Assembly: GCA_965116205.1 (NCBI GenBank)
Contig: OZ220493.1
Span: forward strand, 2,485,072 to 2,549,071
Reading direction: 5' to 3'
Length of the DNA stretch: 64,000 nucleotides
DNA from: Arenicellales bacterium
Lineage (GTDB): Bacteria; Pseudomonadota; Gammaproteobacteria; Arenicellales; JAJDZL01
Position 1 is the first letter of the stretch. Every line of letters begins with the position of its first letter. This document shows, piece after piece, positions 57,542-64,000 of this stretch. The notes beneath the pieces are model-generated. The model had not been told where the DNA came from. It searched no databases and was given only the letters and a program-made list of their open reading frames with translations. The translations under genes and the position numbers were made by a program.

Positions 57542-58611
57542 TGAACTTAGCTGAACTAAGAGTAAAAATTGATGCAATTGATCTCAAATTGCAGCAGTTA
57601 ATTGAACAGCGCGTTGAGCTCGGAAAAGAAGTTGCCAAAGTCAAACGCGCTCAGAACAAATCTCGGATCGTCGTGCTGGAGCGTGAAGCGCAAATACTGG
57701 AAAAAATACGCGCACGTAATCAAAGTGACATTTCAAACGACAGCATCACCAGAATTTTTCGGGAAATCATTGCCGTCACCCGATCAGTTGAAGACACGCT
57801 GAGAATCTCAATTTTGGGGCCCGAGGGCACGTTTACCCATGCCGCGGCACTGCAGCAGTTCGGTCACGAGTTTGTCGCAGTGTTTCGTCCGACTATCAAT
57901 GAGGTTTTTTCGGCGGTTGAAGCCGGCCGCTCGCAGTATGGAGTGGTGCCAGTGGAAAATTCCAATCAGGGGGTGGTTGATAGTACGCTCGATTGCCTGT
58001 TGGACTCTGAACTTCGATTGTGTGGGGAGATCGAGCTGACCGTACATCACGCATTGGTGAGCAATGCTCTTGACATCACTCAGGTACAACGAGTACTGGC
58101 GCATGAACAGGCCTTGGCACAGTGTCGCAAGTGGTTGGCACGCAATCTTCCACAGGCTAAGCTGGAAAATGCGTTAAGCAATGCTGATGCACTCGTTAAA
58201 GTCCGGAATGATGTTACGCAAGCTGCCATTGCCAGTGAAGATGCGGCGAAACTGTATGGCATGAACGTGCTGTGTGCAAACATTGAAGATTTTGTTGCCA
58301 ATGCCACTCGCTTCCTGATCATCGGTCGCGATCGACTTGCCGCCACCGGTCATGATAAGACCAGTATTCTACTGTCCAAGAAAAGTGTTCCTGGTTCACT
58401 GTTGAAACTGCTTGAACCTTTTGCCCGTCATGGCATCAACATGACCAAAATTGAATCACACCCCAGTCGGAAAGGTAATTGGGAGTATGTATTTTTCATT
58501 GATTTTGATGGGCATGCCGATGATCCGACTGTGAGTCTGTTGTTTGAGGAACTGAAAGAGGAAGCGCCGTTGTTCAAAATGCTCGGCTCGTATCCGAAAA
58601 GCGCAGTTTGA
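57541..58611 (+). CDS. pheA: Bifunctional chorismate mutase / prephenate dehydratase
   Basis: CM domain (LRVKIDAIDLKLQQLIEQR), PDT domain, and ACT domain with ESHPSR...WEYVFFIDFDGH. Confidence 0.9.
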   Translation: MNLAELRVKIDAIDLKLQQLIEQRVELGKEVAKVKRAQNKSRIVVLEREAQILEKIRARNQSDISNDSITRIFREIIAVTRSVEDTLRISILGPEGTFTHAAALQQFGHEFVAVFRPTINEVFSAVEAGRSQYGVVPVENSNQGVVDSTLDCLLDSELRLCGEIELTVHHALVSNALDITQVQRVLAHEQALAQCRKWLARNLPQAKLENALSNADALVKVRNDVTQAAIASEDAAKLYGMNVLCANIEDFVANATRFLIIGRDRLAATGHDKTSILLSKKSVPGSLLKLLEPFARHGINMTKIESHPSRKGNWEYVFFIDFDGHADDPTVSLLFEELKEEAPLFKMLGSYPKSAV

Positions 58612-59729
58612 TGTCTTCCGCATTTGATGCACAGCAACTAGCGGTCGCCGGCATCCGTCAGCTGTCACCGTACGACCCGGGGTTGCCGATTGAAGAGCTG
58701 GAAAGACGGTTCAATATTCGAGATGTCGTTAAGCTGGCTTCCAACGAAAACCCATTGGGGGCGTCGGCGCGCGTGCAACAGCTGATACGCACTTATCTAC
58801 CAGATATACATCGCTATCCCGACGGTTCCGGTTACGAACTGAAATCGGCGATTGCCGATCGCCATGGTGTGGAGATGAATCAAATCTGTTTGGGTAACGG
58901 CTCGAATGACGTGCTGGACCTACTGGCCCGCGTTTTTGTAGGTCCCGGTCAGAAGGGGGTTATTTCAGAATTTTCATTCGTGGTCTATCGCCTTGCTCTG
59001 ATCTATGTACACGCACAGATTGTAACCGTCGATGCAGCGGGCTTTGGACATGATCTGGAGGCACTCGCGAAAGCAGTGGATGCGGATACGCGAATCCTGT
59101 ATATCGCCAATCCCAACAATCCAACGGGCACCTGGTCAACGGCAACCGAACTTAGGCTACTGCTTGATCGAGTGCCACGCTCATGCATTGTCGTGGTCGA
59201 CGAAGCGTACGCCGAGTATGTTGAGCAGCCTGACTACCCCGACTGTACCTGCTGGCTCAATGATTATCCAAACCTTGTGGTGACGCGAACTTTTTCAAAA
59301 ATATTCGGCTTGGCCGGATTACGCGTGGGTTATGCGCTATCAAGTCCACAGATCTGTGGTTTGTTGAATCGTGCCCGTCAGCCCTTCAACTGCAACAGCC
59401 TTGCTTTGCACGCGGCAGTTGAAGCGTTGCACGATGAAGCGCATTGTGAACGGTCGCGTCGGATGAACAGCGACCAGCGGTCCGTGTTGCGGCGGGGTTT
59501 CGACGCACTTGGACTCGCCTCGATTGAATCGGTCGGTAATTTCATTAGTGTTGACATGGGTGCGTCGGCGGCACCGATTCATGAACAGCTGCTGCGCCGA
59601 GGGATCATTTGTCGTCCCATTGATAATTATGGGTTGCCGAATCATCTGCGCATTTCGATCGGTTTGCCGGCGGAAAACTCGCGCTTGCTCACCGAACTGG
59701 AACGACTCATGAAACCGAGAGACATGTGA
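58608..59729 (+). CDS. hisC: Histidinol-phosphate aminotransferase (HisC family)
   Basis: LASNENPLG and TFSKIFGLAGLRVGY (PLP-Lys). It overlaps pheA by 4 nt. Confidence 0.85.
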   Translation: MMSSAFDAQQLAVAGIRQLSPYDPGLPIEELERRFNIRDVVKLASNENPLGASARVQQLIRTYLPDIHRYPDGSGYELKSAIADRHGVEMNQICLGNGSNDVLDLLARVFVGPGQKGVISEFSFVVYRLALIYVHAQIVTVDAAGFGHDLEALAKAVDADTRILYIANPNNPTGTWSTATELRLLLDRVPRSCIVVVDEAYAEYVEQPDYPDCTCWLNDYPNLVVTRTFSKIFGLAGLRVGYALSSPQICGLLNRARQPFNCNSLALHAAVEALHDEAHCERSRRMNSDQRSVLRRGFDALGLASIESVGNFISVDMGASAAPIHEQLLRRGIICRPIDNYGLPNHLRISIGLPAENSRLLTELERLMKPRDM

Positions 59730-60607
59730 TGGGGTTGGTAGTCGAACGTCTGCTGGTCATCGGTTTGGGTATGATCGGTGGTTCCGTGGCCCTGGCGCTT
59801 CGCCGTGCCGGCATCGTCAAGGAAATTGTCGGCGCTGGACGTTCGCTAACCAATTTACAGAAAGGCGTCGAATTGAATGTGATTGACCGTTATACGGAGG
59901 ATTTCACTCAAGAAGTCGCACACAGCAACGTCATTCTCGTCGCCGCACCGGTACTGGCGATGGAGCCCATCTTTGCGAAAATAGCGGCGTGTGACTATCG
60001 CGATTGCATCATTACTGATGTAGGTAGCGTTAAAGGTAGTATTGTCGCCGCCGCGGAGCGACACTTTGCTCAAGATTTTACTGGTTTTGTGGCGGCTCAT
60101 CCAATTGCCGGGCGCGAATATTCCGGCGTTGCGGCAGCTAGTGACATACTTTTTGCTGGCAAGAGTACTATCCTCACTCCTAGTAGTCAGAGTGGTAATG
60201 ATGCCTTGGTATTGGCGCGCAGACTTTGGCAGTCAACCGGCGCCATCGTCACTGAAATGCCAGCACCGCTGCACGACGAGCTGGTTTCAGCGAGCAGTCA
60301 TCTGCCGCATTTGGTGGCCTTTGGTCTAGTGAATTATATTGCCGGACATGCCAAAAGTGAAAAATGTTTTGAACTCGCGGCCTCCGGTTTCTATGACTTT
60401 ACCAGAATTGCGTCCAGTGATCCCATCATGTGGCGCGATATCTGTTTGGCCAACTCAGATGCAATCGCTCGCGAACTGTCGGCGTACATCAAGACTTTGG
60501 AACTGCTGAATACGGAAATTGTGCATGGGAATGGCATTGCCATTGAAGAAATGATGAACGTTGCTAAATCATCACGCGATCATTACCTAAGTCAGCGGCA
60601 GACGTAA
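59726..60607 (+). CDS. tyrA: Prephenate dehydrogenase
   Basis: GLGMIGGS Rossmann motif and HPIAG motif. It lies between hisC and aroA. Confidence 0.85.
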   Translation: MMGLVVERLLVIGLGMIGGSVALALRRAGIVKEIVGAGRSLTNLQKGVELNVIDRYTEDFTQEVAHSNVILVAAPVLAMEPIFAKIAACDYRDCIITDVGSVKGSIVAAAERHFAQDFTGFVAAHPIAGREYSGVAAASDILFAGKSTILTPSSQSGNDALVLARRLWQSTGAIVTEMPAPLHDELVSASSHLPHLVAFGLVNYIAGHAKSEKCFELAASGFYDFTRIASSDPIMWRDICLANSDAIARELSAYIKTLELLNTEIVHGNGIAIEEMMNVAKSSRDHYLSQRQT

Positions 60608-60632
60608 ACGGTTTTACGGTACAACAGAACCC

Positions 60633-61958
60633 TTGACTCGTTTCAGTATTCGAAAAAGTGGCCCGTTGTGCGGACGGATTACCGTTCCGGGTGACAAGTC
60701 AATGTCACATCGAGCTGTGATGTTGGGCGCGATTGCTCAGGGCACCACGGTTATTTCCGGCCTCCTGCGCGGTGATGATGTCAAACGCACCATCCATGCT
60801 TTGCAAAGTTGTGATGTGAAGATTGCTGAGCAGCACGATTGTCTGGTGATCGAAGGTGTGGGATTGTATGGTCTTCAGGCTCCGAAGTCGGCATTGTATT
60901 TGGGTAATTCGGGCACCAGCATGCGACTGTTAACCGGAATATTTGCCGGGCAGCAGTTTGTAACGCGCTGCACGGGTGATGCTTCGCTGTCAGCTCGTCC
61001 GATGAGACGGGTGGTCGATCCATTGCGGTCTATGGGTGCAGACATTTCACTGTCGGATGACAATACGCCGCCGGTGCTGATTCGACCGGTTAACGAACTG
61101 AATTCAATTGAATGGGTGTCAACCGTAGCCAGTGCCCAGGTCCATTCTGCCATATTACTGGCGGCATTGTACGCTGAAGGACAAACTTATATATTGGAGC
61201 CCAAACCAACCCGCAATCACACCGAAAATATGTTGAAGTCATTTGGCTGTCAGGTTGATCGAGTGCAGAATCTGCTCTCGATTCGTGGGAAGCTAGACCT
61301 TAACGGCCAGCAGCTAGACATTCCGGCAGATTTTTCGTCGGCCGCCTTCTTTATCGTCGCCGCATTAGTGACTCCCGAATCCGAAATTCTATTGGAAAAA
61401 GTTGGGGTGAATGAGACCCGAACCGGACTTCTCGTTGCACTGCGGATGATGGGCGCTAAGATTCGGTTCGAAAATGAACGGATGATCGGTCGAGAACGGG
61501 TTGCTGACCTTCGAGTGTATGCGGAAGATCGATTGCATGGTATTGATTTACCGGTCAGTCTGGTATCACTGATGATTGATGAGATGCCTATCATGGCAGT
61601 TGCCGCTGCGGTGGCGCGCGGTACAACCGTCATTCGCGGCTGTGAAGAACTGCGGGTTAAGGAAAGTGATCGAATTAAAACGATTACCACCGGGTTACAG
61701 TCATTGGGCATTGCTGTTGAAGAGCTGCCGGATGGCATGATCATTCATGGCGGTAAATTCAGTGGTGGACGGGTGGACAGTTGCGGTGATCATCGAATTG
61801 CCATGGCCTGTGCGGTAGCCGGTTCGATTGCTGAAGAAGAAGTGGAGATCGTGAACTGTGATTGCGTGAAAACTTCATTCCCCGGCTTCGCATCCGTTGC
61901 GCGACAGGTTGGAATGGACTTGCGGACCGACTCCGTAGAATGCTTGAACGCGTCTTGA
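60633..61958 (+). CDS. aroA: 3-phosphoshikimate 1-carboxyvinyltransferase; TTG start
   Basis: VPGDKSMSHRA, LGNSGTSMRLL, ELRVKESDRI. Confidence 0.92.
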   Translation: MTRFSIRKSGPLCGRITVPGDKSMSHRAVMLGAIAQGTTVISGLLRGDDVKRTIHALQSCDVKIAEQHDCLVIEGVGLYGLQAPKSALYLGNSGTSMRLLTGIFAGQQFVTRCTGDASLSARPMRRVVDPLRSMGADISLSDDNTPPVLIRPVNELNSIEWVSTVASAQVHSAILLAALYAEGQTYILEPKPTRNHTENMLKSFGCQVDRVQNLLSIRGKLDLNGQQLDIPADFSSAAFFIVAALVTPESEILLEKVGVNETRTGLLVALRMMGAKIRFENERMIGRERVADLRVYAEDRLHGIDLPVSLVSLMIDEMPIMAVAAAVARGTTVIRGCEELRVKESDRIKTITTGLQSLGIAVEELPDGMIIHGGKFSGGRVDSCGDHRIAMACAVAGSIAEEEVEIVNCDCVKTSFPGFASVARQVGMDLRTDSVECLNAS

Positions 61959-62638
61959 CGATTGACGGTCCGGCTGGCTCAGGCAAGGGTACGGTCGGGC
62001 AACAGCTAGCGCTTCGCTTGGGTTGGCGTTTTCTTGATAGTGGCGCGCTGTATCGTGCCTGCGCTTACCTGGCAGAACAGAACAACCTTGCATTGACCGA
62101 TACGCATGCCCTGCTTGGGGCAATGGAACGAGTTGAATTTCAGTCCGTTCCATCAGCGCAAGGAGGGGAAGCCAAAGTGCTATTGAATGGTCAGGACATC
62201 AGCGCGGAGATTCGTACGGTAGCTTGTGGTCAAAGAGCATCTAAGCTGGCAGTTAATGAACTGTTGCGGCGCCGACTGCTGTGGATACAGCGTCATTATT
62301 ACCGGCCTCCCGGACTGGTTGCTGATGGTCGCGACATGGGCACCGTCGTATTTCCCAATGCCTTGCTGAAAGTCTATCTGACTGCCACTGTGGCCATTCG
62401 CGCGCAACGAAAATTCAATCAATTGAAAGTACTGGATGTTACTTTAAACTATGATAAGATATATAAGGAAATTGAGAATCGGGACAGGCGAGATGCAACT
62501 CGCCGTCACGCCCCTTTGGTAACACCCGATGGTGCACTGGTTGTTGATACGTCGTCGCTGACTGTCGATGAAGTGTTGCGATGTGTACTGAACGATGTCA
62601 ATTCAAAACTAACCTTTTTTGAATCGGAGGCTCAATAA
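61940..62638 (+). CDS. cmk: Cytidylate kinase (start at ATG 61940, overlapping the aroA end)
   Basis: LTIDGPAGSGKGT P-loop directly after Met 61940. The ORF-track start 61862 is an upstream extension inside aroA. Confidence 0.88.
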   Translation: MLERVLTIDGPAGSGKGTVGQQLALRLGWRFLDSGALYRACAYLAEQNNLALTDTHALLGAMERVEFQSVPSAQGGEAKVLLNGQDISAEIRTVACGQRASKLAVNELLRRRLLWIQRHYYRPPGLVADGRDMGTVVFPNALLKVYLTATVAIRAQRKFNQLKVLDVTLNYDKIYKEIENRDRRDATRRHAPLVTPDGALVVDTSSLTVDEVLRCVLNDVNSKLTFFESEAQ

Positions 62639-62689
62639 TATGGTATTTACACACTAACTAACTGACAATTGGACAATTGATTAACTAAT

Positions 62690-64000
62690 ATGACTGAATC
62701 ATTCACGGAACTTTTTGAGGAGAGCATCAAGAGCACTGAAATGCGCGTTGGCGAGGTGGTGCTTGGCAAAGTGATGCAGATTGGCAATGAAAGCGTTGTT
62801 GTGAGCGCGGGACTGAAATCTGAAGCTGAGATTCCACTTTGGCAATTCAAAGACATGCTGGGCAACTGTGACATCAACGTTGGCGATGAAGTTGAGGTCG
62901 AAATCGAAACCATTGAGGATGGGTATGGTAGAACCCGACTTTCTAGAGAAAAAGCCTGTCGGCTCAGAGCTTGGGAAAAAATTGAAATGGCATTCCAAGA
63001 ACAGGCGGCGATTGAAGGGGTTATTACGAGTCGTGTCAAAGGTGGTTTCTCTGTCTCGATTGACAATGTGCGGGCGTTTCTGCCGGGGTCGCTCTACGGT
63101 GCTCGGGTGCCGCCGGGTGATGAGGATTTTGAATATGAAAAAGCACCGATTGACTTCAAAATCATCAAACTGGATCGCGCGCGAAATAATGTTGTTATTT
63201 CCCGCAAAGCCGTGCTTGACAAAGAACTCAATCAAGAACGGGAGAAATTGATGGCTAGTCTTGAAGTGGGACAGCTGATTGAGGGAGTGGTCAAGAATAT
63301 TACCGACTATGGCGCCTTTATCAATCTTGGCGGGGTTGATGGTCTGTTGCATATTACTGATCTGGCATGGCACCGAATCAAACATCCGTCCGAAGTGCTG
63401 GAGATGGGAGAGACTGTCACTGTCAAAGTATTGAAATGTGACAAAGAACGCGCGCGAATTTCTCTGGGATTGAAACAATTGACTGAGGATCCCTGGTTGA
63501 GTGTTGACCGGCGTTACAAGCGGGGCGATCGACTGGTGGGTAAGGTTGCTAGCCTGACTGAATATGGTGCATTTGTTGAACTCGAAGAAGGCATCAAGGG
63601 ATTGGTTCATGTTTCGGAGATGGACTGGGTGGCGAGAAACATTCATCCCGCGCAGATCTGTAAAATTGGTGATGAAGTCGAGGTAATGATTCTGTCGATC
63701 GATGTTGAGCGACATCGAGTTTCCTTAGGCATCAAGCAATGCATGCCCAACCCATGGATTGAGTTTGCAGTCAACCATAAGAAAGGAGAACGAATCATCG
63801 GCCAGGTCAAGTCGCTAACCGACTTCGGCATATTTGTATCACTGGAAAATGGGATTGATGGCCTGGTACATCTCAATGACATTTCTTGGCATGCTAATGG
63901 TGAAGACGAAATTAAAAATTTCAATAAAGGTGAAGATGTTGAAGTTGAAATTTTGACGATTGACGCAGAGCGTGAACGAATTTCTTTAGGCATCAAGCAG
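62690..64000 (+). CDS. rpsA: 30S ribosomal protein S1, N-terminal ~437 codons (3' end lies outside the window)
   Basis: ATG at 62690, then MTESFTELFEESIKSTEMRVGEVVLGKV... The frame stays open to the window end and shows repeated S1 motifs (GxV..I..FGAFV.L..G..GL.H.S). It is absent from the ORF track because it has no stop in the window. Confidence 0.92.
   Translation, partial: MTESFTELFEESIKSTEMRVGEVVLGKVMQIGNESVVVSAGLKSEAEIPLWQFKDMLGNCDINVGDEVEVEIETIEDGYGRTRLSREKACRLRAWEKIEMAFQEQAAIEGVITSRVKGGFSVSIDNVRAFLPGSLYGARVPPGDEDFEYEKAPIDFKIIKLDRARNNVVISRKAVLDKELNQEREKLMASLEVGQLIEGVVKNITDYGAFINLGGVDGLLHITDLAWHRIKHPSEVLEMGETVTVKVLKCDKERARISLGLKQLTEDPWLSVDRRYKRGDRLVGKVASLTEYGAFVELEEGIKGLVHVSEMDWVARNIHPAQICKIGDEVEVMILSIDVERHRVSLGIKQCMPNPWIEFAVNHKKGERIIGQVKSLTDFGIFVSLENGIDGLVHLNDISWHANGEDEIKNFNKGEDVEVEILTIDAERERISLGIKQ

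Noticed and set aside
62699-63996. Long minus-strand ORFs (338 aa at 62699-63715 and 117 aa at 63643-63996).
   Set aside because: They lie antisense to an obvious rpsA reading frame with repeated S1 domains, so they are shadow ORFs caused by codon bias. The same holds for 61250-61744 (anti-aroA), 46901-47437 (anti-uvrA), 44011-44658 (anti-ATPase B), 37990-38556 (anti-DUF1703 B), 2664-3251 (anti-amidinotransferase), 29740-30249 (anti-rarA) and 53282-53869 (anti-DUF192/NT5C).
1-64000. I looked for CRISPR arrays, rRNA, transposase or integrase genes, and long tandem repeats.
   Set aside because: I recognised no regularly spaced direct repeats, no rRNA-like sequence, and no DDE, tyrosine- or serine-recombinase-like ORFs. 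The only internal coding repeats are expected ones (two aceF lipoyl domains and the rpsA S1 domains). A computational repeat scan would still be more sensitive than reading by eye.

Overview
This 64-kb window reads as a chromosomal segment of a moderately AT-rich genome that looks gammaproteobacterial. That placement is an inference from gene content and synteny: nuoL-nuoM; ftsK-lolA-rarA-serS; aceE/aceF/lpd; uvrA-MFS-ssb; gyrA-pheA-hisC-tyrA-aroA-cmk-rpsA. All homology calls come from reading the translated ORFs by eye; no searches were run. A ~24-kb accessory region lies between nuoM (ends 2078) and ftsK (~26553). It holds an amidinotransferase-fold enzyme, an EamA transporter, an AAA-ATPase/PD-(D/E)XK protein, a decayed hicBA pair and a class-II Fic protein. 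It also holds a ~16.5-kb surface-glycan locus: pseB/pseC, a formyltransferase, a PIG-L deacetylase, two tandem wbqC-methyltransferase cassettes, a Pse-associated methylase, an MBL hydrolase, a GT25 glycosyltransferase and three tandem capsule-synthesis-family paralogues. The most striking signal is three 10-11-nt poly-G tracts inside three genes of this locus. Two of them put their gene out of frame, which is the architecture of a phase-variable contingency locus. Nearby genes carry in-frame TGA and frameshift lesions. The second signal is a split pyruvate dehydrogenase operon. About 5 kb sits between aceE and aceF: a second GT25, a second AAA-ATPase/PD-(D/E)XK protein, and a very AT-rich ABC-ATPase with a Toprim-like tail (OLD/PARIS-like defence candidate). 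A paralogue of a STAND-like ATPase sits upstream of aceE. I recognised no rRNA, tRNA, CRISPR array, transposase or integrase.
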